A DNA stretch of 64,000 nt, taken from positions 48,114,001-48,178,000 of the forward strand of contig CM052817.1 in NCBI GenBank assembly GCA_028534125.1. Direction: 5' to 3'. Positions 12,261-25,060 of the stretch are shown one piece after another. The notes beneath the pieces were generated by a model that was not told where the DNA came from, ran no database searches, and was given only the letters and a program-made list of their open reading frames with translations. This DNA comes from Lama glama. Its lineage: Eukaryota. The first letter of the stretch is position 1, and every line of letters begins with the position of its first letter. The position numbers and the translations under genes are program-made.

Positions 12261-15200
12261 GTGACAGAGGACACCTACCTCAATTAGACACGGGTCCTGC
12301 CTTTAAAAAATGTATAGTTAGTAGAGTAAGACATGTACCCACACACTGCAACACAAAGCAGAATGAGATAAACGTCATGTGAGGAGACAAAAAAAGTGTG
12401 TTCAGAGTTCAAGGTCAGTAGAGAGTATCTCAAGCTGGGAAGGTTTCAAGGAGAACCTTGGACCTTGAAGGATTGGCAGAATTTTGACAGAAAGTTTCAG
12501 GAGGAAGGAGAGTATTGCAAGTGGAGAGAACGTTCAGGGCAAAGGCACCAACAGAGAGAAGCACTGAGTAAATTCAAGTAATGGTAAGTTGCTGCTGAAA
12601 TGTAGTGTAGATAAAGGGAAATACAGTAGCATGACATGCTGCTTACAGGACACTGTGTAATGGGTCTTGACTGGCAGGCCCAGGGGTCTGGATGTGGTCT
12701 GGGACACACTAAGATGCCACGGACCATTTCCACGTGAGGGGGTAGCGTATCAGCTGGGTCTGATAAGATTAACTGGAAGGCAAGATGCAGGGTGCATTTG
12801 CATATGCCCAACTATAGGCAATGACCCCAGGGAACAGGCTATTAGATCAGACCAAGCAAGAGGAAATAAAGACCCGAACAAAAGCAATGACAGTACGACT
12901 AGAAAGGAGACTGAGGCAAGCAACCTATCAGAGGTGACATTTAACAAACTGAGCCTTCACTGCGGCTGGAGGGGAAGAGAGAATGCATAGCCAATGACTC
13001 TGAGGTTCCAAGTCTGAAAAAGAGGAGAAAGACAGTGAAAGCCTGAAAGGTCAGGAAAAGGGACAGACCTGCTGATGAGAAGAGTTCGACGGTGACCATA
13101 TTCCACGTATCACCATTCTGCCAAGCACCAGCCTGAATGCTCACAAATCCCAAGCTCTCCTTGTCGGGGGAGGAAAAACCTCAATTTTATAATTCCACAG
13201 ATGGTCGAAGTTTTTCAAAATCTGTGCCTCTTAAGATCTCCTCCAAGTCCCTAGTACTCTGAAATACAACAGAATTTCTAAGTTTTTATTCCTTCTCCAC
13301 CTTGATTCTTTCTATTAATAACTTTGAGAGCCAGCATGTATTCTAGCCCACTGTAAATACCGTATTAAATATCAGTGAAACAACTAGTGGGCCCTTTTTC
13401 AGCAGCTCAGGATAAATAGTAACTAACACCCCCCCTTTTTTAAGACTGCCTGTGTTTGAAGAAGAATGTTATAATTTATTCTTGGATATGACATAAGTTT
13501 TCTGAATGTCTTATGTTAACTAAAAAGTCTGGAGGTTGATGTCAGGTTGCTGAAAGATTTCATTTCCTACAGTCTTTTGAAAAATTTTGAGTATGAAAAG
13601 CTATAGTGAGAGAATTTTGAAAGTTACTTGGATTTCCTTTTTGCCTTTTAAAAGGCCCAAAATGTATATGAGAATACAATAAATGACCCAAATAATATTG
13701 CCAATCAAGAAACTTTCATCTTGAACATAGGGATGGAAGGTGAAATGCTTGGAACCAAGATGAAAATAAATGTTCTATATTTGCCAGTTGTCTAAAGAGA
13801 GCTGGGGTGTCATGGTTATTTTGCACTCCAAAGGTAGGTTTAAATGGATCCCCAAAACTAAAGTGAGAATATGATAACAAAGCAGAATTCTAAAGGAGTC
13901 TTGGCCCATGATAAATAATCTAAAAATCTCCTAGTGAAACACATCTTCACAGACGGCCATAGCAGGCATGAAAGGGGCAGAAACTGGAATTGTTGAGCTT
14001 CTGTAAACCCCGTCACTCTTTTCTATGACCGCTTTCCGATCACCTCCCTGGTCACCAGCTCAAAACCTGAGGCACCCTGGATGTCTTCCTCTTTCTCTCC
14101 TGACATTCAACTAGTGCCGAGTCCTGCAGAAGCCATCTCTGTAACATATCTTGCAATACCCTCTCCTTTCCATTCCCTAGTCACAGTCCCAGATCTTCAT
14201 TCTCTCCAACTGGTCTCCTACAGCCCCTTCCTAACTCTCTCCCCTGCCTCCAGCCTTTCCCCCTTCTATCCCATTCAAAACCCCCAGGAGACTAACTTCC
14301 CTAATACACAATTCTGATTGTGCTATCTCCATGCCAAAAAACTTTCAAAGACCTTCCACGAAACAGCTCAATGATTTCGCCACCATAGCAGCCACATGTT
14401 CTGGTCCTAAGCCCTCTCTGCTAATGCAATGTGTCACCTGACTACCTCCCACAAACTCTTCTCTATTCTCAACAACCCGGTTGCTTACATACTTTTCTCT
14501 CAGCCTCGAGTCACCTTTCAATGTCTCGTCCTGCTTTTACCACCATCTCCGCGTGTGTAGAGGGACAGCCCACCCTTTATGGCCCACTGAAAAGTCTACC
14601 TCCCCTAAGAAGAATTATTCTCCCAATTCTCTTTTTATGTTCCACTATCCACTTTTCTATAAGCATTTTCAGAGACTATAACGTATGCTGCTATGTTACA
14701 CACACTGCAGACGAGCAGGTCTGTCCTCACACTCTGTCGGTGGCACCTCCATTGATTGCCTCTCTTCCAGTATTGTCAGCTGTGAATTTCCCTTGTCTCT
14801 TTCTCTCCAACTGGACGATGGAACTAGAAGCGTAAGAGCACTGGGAATATTTGTTGACTCTGAACCTGTTAAAGTGAACTCTCTGGGTTCACCACTTTCC
14901 TGAAGAAGTTCCAAAACTTTTTAAGAAAACTCTACAGCCAGGGAAGACTGTAATTTTTATTTAGTCAGCAAACTGTCCAATAGTTGAAAGACTTTGAATT
15001 GATTAACTCCGGAAATGCCTAAAAAGAAATAAAACATTTGTTTTCCTAAAGCAGAAGAGTCCCACTTACATTCTTTAAATTATAATGAACATTAACTGTG
15101 TAACCTGGATGGAAGATGAAACAAGAATCCACAGAATTATACTGTGGTTTCATTTTTTTATAAAACAGTATTATCTAATATTAATACTTAGGATAGTAAT

Positions 15201-17054
15201 AACATCAAACACTGGATACGTACCTACGAAACACTGAACTGGACCAGAAGGTCCCTGCCTAGTAGATGTACAAATTAGACAGAAAGACACAGCACAACGT
15301 AAAGTGAAGACAGATGCCTGAATGCGCAGAAGATGGCAGGTAAAAAAAAAACCCTAAATCTCATTTTCTTTTTTGAAGTTCAGACCTAAGAGTCTGAAGC
15401 AGCTGATTTCAGCCACCAGTAACTGCAAAAGGACACAAGTGTTTTCTAAGGACTCAGGACGTGGGCTGTTAGACGTCAAGCTGAATTCACAGGTAAGTGC
15501 TCCGAGTGTCTACCAAGATAGGGAACGCTCCCCTGCTCTAATAACGGCAAAGCATTTAGGTGGGTATTAACTTGTCCTGAAAAGTAGAGGTAAAAGCTTG
15601 TCTTTTGTTCTCAGTGGCCCAGGCTGGTTTTAGACCTGCCGGGAGATCTGTAAGAGGAAATGATTTTTGGTTTTGTTCCAACTTCTAATTCAACACCTTG
15701 GCAGCATTTGAAATGGATAAGAGCTGCGAGCTCACATCTGCCTCAGGTGACAACTAAGATAAGAAGTGCACAATGTAGAAATGATGGACGCTGGCTCCCC
15801 CAAAAGCAACTTTAAATTTAGCTTTTTAAAGGTGCTTAGTTACTTCAAGTTAACACTAAGCCTGAAAATATCTCGCTAAGAATACTGAAAGATTAAATTA
15901 ATGGAACTTTGTTCACAAACCTGTCTTTTAGGTGATATTTTGGGCAGCATTTGTGAAAACGAATTCCATGTTAACTATCAGAATAAACTGATAACAAAAT
16001 TCATCAGATTGTGATAAGCAGAAATATGGGGAAATAATTTTTGCAGGTCAACAATGATCACTTCTGGTTAAGAGTTACTGTGGCCAAGAGGGACCCTTAT
16101 GAAAACTGGGATGTTGGTTGCTTCTAATGAAATGATGAAGTGTCAAGGTTTAATAAATATTTACTGTACAACTCCCATGTTTCAAGTACCTACATCTCCT
16201 GGAAAAGGTGTGAGATACGGTGAGATGCAAAAGCGTAAGATACGGCTCCAGACCTAAAGGAGCTTTTTTATATAGTTGAAATGAAAAAATACAAAAAATG
16301 AAACATCAGATGGCAACATAAAATAATATATAATAAATCCTCAACTGAGAGGCACAGACAATAGGAACTATGGAATTTTAAGACCTGAAAAGATCTTTTG
16401 TGTTTATGAGGACTACTTCATAAAGGAGATGGGGCTACCTTTGGGACCTACTGAATGGTTCTGGATAGACATAATTAAGAAGGTGTTCTTGGAAGGGCAG
16501 AGGAACAAAGTAAGGCACTGAGGTGGGGCTTCCCGCAGTATAAGTCAAAAGGAAAAGGACAAGCTGGTAAGACTAGAGGCTCCCACCAAGAAGAGATGAA
16601 AATAAGGCTGAATAGGTACATAGAACCAGAAGGATGTAATGCCACTTTGCACATCTTGGTTATTTTACATGTGTATATTACATTTATTGAACTGATGTGG
16701 TAGGTAATAGGGACCCTGGGAGAGGTGACTGAGATTACACATCAAAGCTGTTTGTTTAGCAAGAGAATATATCATATAGATACACAATGAGAAGAATCCT
16801 CTCTCATGACTAAAATATGTTTTCTTAATAGGATTGGCCCAGGGTGTTGGGTTGATTTAGGTTGATTTCCATATGGTCACCACATTTCCATAATATGAAC
16901 AAACTGGACATTTTGGTTAATTTCCTTGATACTCTATCCACAACAGTATATCAATGTCTAGATGTCTGACATGGATAAATAAAACTTTAAAAGGGTAAGA
17001 ACAGCCACAATTTCTTCAGCAAGTCCTATAAGCACTTTGCTAATAACAGAAAAT

Positions 17055-17250
17055 GCTAGATTTATTGAGTGCTGAGATATGCTAAACACTTAACATATTT
17101 CTACTTTAATTCTCACAACAATCCTAAATTGGTAAGATTAACCCAGTTTTACAGTTGAGAAACCCACATTTACAGTAGAGAAGTAACTTTCCCAAAGTCA
17201 AGCAAGTGGTAGACACAAGATTCAAACCAAATTAGGCCTGACTCCAAACT
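17055..17250 (-). mobile_element. MIR SINE (other MIR fragments near 7000, 17520, 22420, 23680, 37000, 38730, 46390, 51200, 53500)
   Basis: MIR core: taattctcacaacaatcct...ttttacagttgagaaac. Confidence 0.7.
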
Positions 17251-17893
17251 CCAATGACTAAACTTTGTATCTGAATTTATTTTTTCCCCAAGAGGCATCA
17301 CTGAGGGAAAAAAAGAAAAGTTTATTAGAAGAAATGCACGATTCTTGCAGAGAAAATCATGTGAGTGCTAAAGGTTCGTGGCGAGGTCAGCAGATCTTTC
17401 CAGCCATCTAACCATGTGAATTTGCTATACTGTACTTTCAATAAGACACCATCCTTCAAAGTTACAGATGTAACTAGTACATGACGGAGTCTTGCCCAAG
17501 ACATTTATGACCTGTATGATTTGGTCAAATGATTAAACCTCTCTAAGCCCCATTTCTTCATCTGTAAAATGTGGGTAACAATAACCACAACAGGATTGCT
17601 CAGAAAATTAAATGGTATCACATATAGGACTCAGCTGAGGGTTTGTACCAAAAAGTAATGAGTTAATATTTGCAACTCTTATGATTTTTCAAGACAAAAG
17701 TATTATTCAAGCTTCTTAGACCTACTGTATAGCAGAAATAATCACAAAGTTAATAGTTCAATAAGAGGCACTTCCCCCCCAACTCTCCTGCCACCAAACT
17801 TCTACTTTTTCTTTAAGATTTAGCCCCCAAATCATCTCCTCCAAAACTCTTCTATCATCACAACTCTCAGGCCAAGCAGACGTTCCCATAATC

Positions 17894-17894
<1 letters not shown>

Positions 17895-17928
<34 letters not shown>
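17895..17928. repeat. (TG)17 microsatellite
   Basis: Direct reading. Confidence 0.95.
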
Positions 17929-17933
<5 letters not shown>

Positions 17934-19239
17934 TCAGTCATTTTACTTAACATCTTTATACAATTGTTATCCATTGTGTCCTGTCTTCTTCATTAGACAG
18001 GAAACCCCACTGAGGGCAGGGACTCATTCATCTCTAAATAGCCAGTGCCTAATATAGTGCCTGGCATTCAGTAGTGGGCAGTACACATGTTTACCTCTCA
18101 AAGGGAAGTGGAGATTATTACTACAGCTTCTAAAAAGATCAAATTTACTCCATCCAATAAAAGCTCTAGAAGAATGAAGCACAACAAACACTACTTTAGG
18201 ATGAACAAAAACTTCCCCTACTAAGTCATCTGAGAAAGACACCTTCCTAGTAAGTGAAATTTCTTTATGCTAAAATAGTAAAAAGCTTAATCAATAGTTT
18301 AGTTTTTAAGAATGGTAATAATAAGCAGTTAAAAGCCCAATTAAGTCACCATGAATGGGCTTCTCCACAACTAAAAGAAATTCATATCACATATAATCCA
18401 ATTTGGAAATCTCAGGGGGAAGTTCATGTAGTTTTTGGTAACTGTTCTTTTCTCTTTCGGTTTTAGGTAAATAAATTTTGTCTTTTTTTTGTATGAATTT
18501 TCTTTCTCAAGCACTTTTCAAAAAACCGTTTATTGAGGTATGACAGACATAGAAAAAGTTGTACATTATTTAAGGCACACAACTTTAATGTGCACAAACT
18601 TATTAAGTCTGGGGACAAAGTATACATCTGTGAGACTACAATTGAAGCCATAAACTTACTCATAACCTCTAAAAGTTTGAAATCTTGTCTTTTTAACAAA
18701 ACTATTTATTTATAAAATAAAGATTCTATCTATGCTACTTTCTCATTGTCGGTAGCACTTACTGCCCTTCCGGGTACTTTATTGGGTACTTGGGGGTTCT
18801 TCAGACCACTAACTTAGAAAGTTTTTCCTCTCACCCAGCATTTGAATGCTTTCAAACCACTTTCGGAGACCTCATCTTTAGAAGATCTCCCTCACAGTCC
18901 TCTGAAGTAAGAAGATCCAGCATCGTCAGCCCTGCGAGGAAGCTGACCTTTTGGTGAGTGCTCCCTGGAAGGAGCACTGCCAGGGCCACGCCCGACTCTT
19001 AGCCTCCAACTCCTCCCACGGCCTTACGAGGCACTCAGTCTGCACCCAGGAGGACACACTGTACCTGTCCTCTTGACTAACAGAAGAAATGAATCCGTAA
19101 CTGTGAATTCAGGAACCTGTGAGCCCTACCCTTCCAGGCATTCTTGAGGATGCCCTCCACTCAGTAACCAAGAGCCCAGTCTTCGTGCCCTCCCCCGCCC
19201 ACCACCACCATCCTTGCCCCTTCCCGGTCATGGACTTAC

Positions 19240-19335
19240 TTAGCCATCCCACGCTGGGACTGCGCCGCACTCGGGGGTCATCGTCCAAGGTGCGGGTTGC
19301 TAGGCAGGGCACTGAGTTCTCAAGCGGGCTGCGGG
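19240..19335 (-). CDS. SLC4A4: Candidate non-canonical 96-nt cassette exon in intron 6: (A)RSPLENSVPCLATRTLDDDPRVRRSPSVGWL(S)
   Basis: About 95-nt AG-free pyrimidine-rich tract ending in taaag|, donor CTAA|gtaagt, 32 codons, phase 1-1, no stop in the SLC4A4 frame, 8 CpGs. Confidence 0.72.
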
Positions 19336-22300
19336 CTTTAGTGTCAGAAGCAGAAGACAGGAGGAGGAGGAGGACACATGAGCAGTCACAGCAAGGATGA
19401 GGATGGAAGCATTAATTAAGAAGAAAAAAATACTAAAGCAAATCACACAAGCGGGTTAAAGGAGAACAATGACATATTACATTGACACACACCCCCTCCC
19501 ATGACCCTGCATCCGTAGGTGGAACAAATCCCAACACAGAACTGAAAAGCCTAAAATAAATTACCTTCAATCATCATAGTGCCCCAAGTACCTGTGGATA
19601 ATCCGCCCTGAAGTTCTAAAACACAAAGCGTGGATTGCAGCCAGATGAAAGATTTACATAATGAACACTAGTCTCACGATGTAAGACCAAGACTGTTAAT
19701 AATCTTGCGCCACATAAGCACACACAGAGGGAAGTCACACACACTTCTGTGAAGCACAGGGAGCATGGTGTTATATTAGAAAGGCCCTTTTTTATGATCT
19801 ACCCAACAGACCCTTCTAAGCAGCTGATACACGACGCAGAAAGCAACATTTCATACTGTGACTTCTGAAACACTTTCCTTGACGAACATAGAACTGGTTT
19901 TCAATTTCCTTTGCCTCCTGTTTTTCAGCCCTTCAGAAACATGAAACTGGGATATAGGTAAATCAGTACCTTAAACCAACTTAGAAATGCATATTAGTCC
20001 TCATTTTCCGGTGCCCTTTAATACTTCTTTTAGTATAATTTTAATATGTGGTGCTTCCATGCCAAACCTTAGACCACATCAGAATAATGAGGTAGGCTAA
20101 ATCTATAGCATGGTGCCGCCAGATATTTTTAATCAATGCAAGAACACCACCAGCTTTGGCCTGAAGATAGCTCCACTTGGGTTTCATGTCCTCTGTTTTG
20201 TTATTCTCATCAGACGTCCCACTCCAAGGCTAGTAAGAAGTTGGGAGCATAATTATCCTTCAAGGTACAACAATGAGGTTGGAAATAACTAACCATCAGA
20301 CTACATACAATTTGACATGAGGGAACTTTTCCCCCTTAATAATACTGTCATTAAATGATCAAAGCAACAAACAAAGCATACCAACCAAAAGAAAAGATTA
20401 GATACTCTATTCACACAAGTGTGCAAATGACAGGGCAGACAAGTGGTCCTTTTAAGGCTACTGGAGACTGGGGAGGGTCAGGTTCTAAACTGAGTCATTT
20501 ACAAATTAATGTAAGTTTATGGCCAAATTTGGGCATTCGGCATATTATAAAATCTAGAAACATTTTTGTCAATTTATCTGTCTGCGTTTAAAAGCTGTAA
20601 ATAAAGCCAGGACTTGTGAGCGAGCCATCTGTGCCAGCACCTGTTTGAGGCAGATCTGATGTCTTTTCTTTGCAATCTGAATTTTTAATTGTTTCCCATA
20701 ATTGAACTTATTTGCAAGTTTTTATTGCACTAAGAAAAATGAAAAAGGGAAATGAACCAATTGAGATTATTCCAAAATTGCTATTGTTAAGAGGCAGGCA
20801 TTTTGAAATCTGTATTATCATACTGGCCAACTTTCACCTCCTATTTCTTCTGACAACTGAGTGACTGGCTTAAAGAGCCAATATCCCTGCAGGCTTAGCT
20901 AAAGGAAATGGAAGAGGCTAGACAACCGGCTGCCATTTATCCAGGCTCAAGAAAGGACCAACTAAAATTCCAGAGCAGTGAGCACAGACAGAGGTTAGGA
21001 ATGTGAAGTAAACTCAAAAGAGCATGTGCATTCTTTAGCTTCTGATCAGTCCGTAGCTACCCAAATTTTACCATGATACCATGGCTTGCTTCTCAAATGA
21101 GTACAGGAGGTCAACAGCTGCTCCAAAACTCAGGTGCTGATGAGTTAACTTCCCCCAGATTCTCTCTCCTCTGCTCCCCTCAACATGTCAGTGCATTATC
21201 TGCTGGGAACTAAAGCTGGGAACTCCTTTTTGCATAGACAGCCCTCACCATCAAGGGGACAGAGGCACAGAGCCTGGCACACACCGGCAAAGAACCTGGC
21301 TCCAAAGACAGGCATGAAAATGAAACTGCCCATTGAGACTTGGCACCTGCGTTCTAGCAGAGCTGATTGGCGCCATCTGGCAGCTTACCCTCATGAAAAC
21401 TGGGGAGGCTCACAGCATCCATTACTTATAATGGCAAATTCCAACACTTTGATTTGTTAGACCCTCTGTGTACTTCTGTGCAGGGAGAGATACAAACTCT
21501 AACCCTTTCATGTTGCTTTTCTTCTCTTCACAAATTTACTCCAAAGATAAAATTTTTAAAAGTTGCCCTTCAAGCTGAAGCCAAACTTTTTATGATTATA
21601 GCATAGTAATGATGTATAACATAAGCCTTTTCCAAATAATGCTTTCATTGTGCCTCTTCTTCACTAAAGCTGCAGAATAAACAATCTAGCTGTGCTACTA
21701 GCTTACAGATCCTCTTTAAAATCACTTTTGCCTGACTTCAGGCATAAACAAGGTAGAAACTGGCTTATATTACTATGACTTGATGAGTAAAGATATAGCT
21801 CTAAAGAGTTTTGAGTGATGGTTTCCAATATCTAGACTGTAGAAAAAGGTGTTGTGAGGAGGATTTTTTTGGTAATGATTCATCTTTCCCTTAAGAATCA
21901 ACCTGTCCAAAACCTGTTCAAATAAGGTTGTCCCTACTTGAATCATGCAAACAAACCAAAAAACCTCTATCAAAAAAAAAAATTAACAATTCTATTAAGA
22001 AGAAAATAAATTTTACTCATGTTAACATTTTTGGACTCTTTCAGGATTGCAATGCTGCATGTTCAAGTGACTATTCGGCACCTACTATATATTCCACACC
22101 ATTATTCAGCCAAGAAATTTAACTAAGGAGTTAAGCGTTATTCTACCTGTAAACGTGAGACATTTGCCTAAATCTCCATTTGGAAAGCCAATAAAGACAT
22201 TCGACTGCCATGTTTCGTACAGATTCCCGCCTAGACACAGAATGACCCCAGAGCCCTTCATCATCCCAGGGTTACACAGAGTAAGAGCCCTGGACTCACT

Positions 22301-24824
22301 GACGTGTGGGAAATCAATTATGGTTGAGGAAGCTCATTATCATCGTAGCTGAGTTAGAATACTGTTATCGAGCACACTGGGCTCCTCCACCATTTTTTTT
22401 TTATGCTTGGGTAAGTTAGTTTACATTTCTGAGTTTCAGGTTTTTTCATCTGCAAATGGAGATCATGACATACACATTAGAAACGTCACAGAGAACAATG
22501 CCTGGCCTATAACAGGTGCTCAGTTAATGGGCGGCATGATTGTTGTTGCCATACTGCTACTAGTATCACAGATGGAACGACGTTTCCTTTGCTCAGCATC
22601 CTGAAGAGTACTGGAAAACATGAAAAGCAGTAACCTTAGCCTAATTTAATGCAACTTTAACTTCCAAGTGTGATTTTTAGGAAATCAGGTTCACAAACCT
22701 GAAAAAAAAAAATCTCCTTTTTGTCCTTAGTATTTATACTGAAACAGAGCTTGAGTGAAAGGAGGCACGCTTAATCATTCTTGGAAGACTGATTTTCTTC
22801 CCCCTTTTCGCTCTGAGGGAGACATGGTAGAGAGTCTATAAGGCTCACAGCTCATGCTTCAGTTTGGCCTACCTTCCTTTCTTCACATTTTCCTGTCCTT
22901 CCCTCTCCTCCCCTCTCTATTTCTCTTTCACAGGGAACAAGGCAGGGACCAGGATCTACAGCTCCTCTCCTGTCTGCTCTTAGAGCATGCTGAGGCCGGG
23001 GAAACCAGGCTTCACAAGAGCAGCTCTATCAAGGATCTCAAGTCTCAGAAGAAGATTTACTCCGGGTTGGCAGCAGAAAATCAGTGAAGGGCTCTTCTCC
23101 AGAGAAAGAAAGAAAGGAGATGAGATGATTCATATGTGATACGAGAAGACAAAGAATCATTCTGTTCTTTTACTCCATCACAGACCCCAGTTATGGAAAA
23201 CACACTGGCAATTAACAAAATTTTTAAATATGTTTATTTCATGGCAACATCCTGCTCTATATATTTTATTGAGAGCTAAGAACTGTCATTGCTCAGACAT
23301 ACTAATGAACCTTTATACTCTAAGTCAAAAATATTATAAAGCCCATGAGTGGTACCTCCTTGTATATTATTTGGCATCTGTAAAGTTGATAATGAAAGTA
23401 GCACTGTTTTAAAAATAAAGCTCCAAGAATGTTTTCATATATGGAGAAGGGGAGGTGGGGGATGGAAAGACACAGATAATAAGAGAATACAAAATAAGGG
23501 TGGTAAGTTGAAGCTCTGTCTTAAGTTTTAAGTCTGAAAGGCACTAAGTTTTCCCCTTAAAATATTTCTGAATAATAGCTGTTCTTTGCAATGATACCTC
23601 ACATTATTAAATAATTCTCACAAAGGTATCTCATATACTTCTGGTTGTATACACAGAACAAGACATTACCACCCTTATTTTACAGATAAAGAAACTGGGG
23701 ATCAAGGAGATGATATAAATTGCTCAAACTCATACTGTGCTAAGTGTTATTCCAGGATTAGAATGAAGCCTTTGGAAAAGATGCAGCCATGTTTTCAAGG
23801 AGAAGATTATAAAGCAGGCCTTCAATATCAAAAGCTAAATACTCCCTTGTGGTATCTCTTAAGCCTATTCTTCATTGCCGTGAAGAGCAGACTAGACTAG
23901 CAAATGCCAGGAGGGTACGATCCTTGGAGAAAAATATGTTATTGTTTATTTAAAGATCTGAACATTATAAATCTGGGAGATCAGTCACCTGCCTGGGGTA
24001 AAGAAAAAAAAATAAGAACGCTGTCTGATAGATGAATTAGAACTACTTGTGTTATTTCATTATTATTATTAAAGGACACTTTTATTTAGGTGTTTTTCTA
24101 GAAACTTTCCACGGAAAGGTTCATTTAATCTAAGGCTGAGAAGAGCTTGGTCATTCATTGAATTCTGGCCAGGACATTCATCTGTGCTGTGCAAACGAAT
24201 GGAGAATTAGAGTTCTGAACAAAACAGATGGATGTGTACTGTCGGTTTTTGGAATGAGCTGATTGTACGCAGGAAGGCACCTGGGAAGAGGGCTCTCCTC
24301 TGAATGGGATGTGAGCCTGTGGGTTGACCCATCTCAGAACCCGAGAAGCATGGTACCTCCATCTGGAACAGACTCCTTGAGGGAAATTAACAAAACATCT
24401 GCCTTACCCATAGATTCAGGGACCAGGTCTGAATTCAAGGGTATGGGGAGAAAGAGGAACAGCGAAGGAGAATAACCCAGCCAGAGATAACTGGGATAGG
24501 CTGGAATCTGAAACCCACACAAAAGCTAAGACTGCCCAAGAGAACTAAGAAGGCTGCCAAATCTGGCGGGGGTCCCAGCAAGAGCAACCACGTGCCAGCA
24601 TCTAGGCAGCTTGATCCAGCACCCAAACCAAACAGCTGGAATATGCCTAGCCTCCAATCAGGTGCAAAGCAACAAGAGCCACGCTAATCCCAATTTACAC
24701 TTCAATGGAGCCGAGAATTACTAACAGGAAAAAACTGATTTCTTTCCATTGTTCATTCTATGTTGCTAACTACCATCTATGTCACTAAAGAGAGTAGCAA
24801 TAGACTACACTTATAAAAATACCT

Positions 24825-25060
24825 AAAGGTATACAGAACAAGTAAACAACAAGGTCCTACTGCACAGCACAGGGAACTAGATCCAGTGGCTTGCAGTAAC
24901 CTGTAATGAAAAAGAAGATGTGTATATATATGTGTAACTGAATGACTACACTATGCACCAGAAACTAATACAACATTGTAAATCAGCTCTACTTCAATTT
25001 TTTTTAATGGGAAAAAAATAAAGCTGTTATTAAAAGAAAAAAAAATAATCAAGAAATAAA
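24825..25060 (+). mobile_element. L1 3'-end fragment
   Basis: aacaacaaggtcctactgcacagcacagggaacta...caacattgtaaatcagct followed by an A-rich tail. Confidence 0.8.

Noticed and set aside
15379..15492. Plus-strand exon-like segment (ttttgaag|...CAG|gtaagt) suggesting an antisense lncRNA
   Set aside because: Isolated splice-like pair expected by chance; no partner exons or promoter can be supported from sequence alone.
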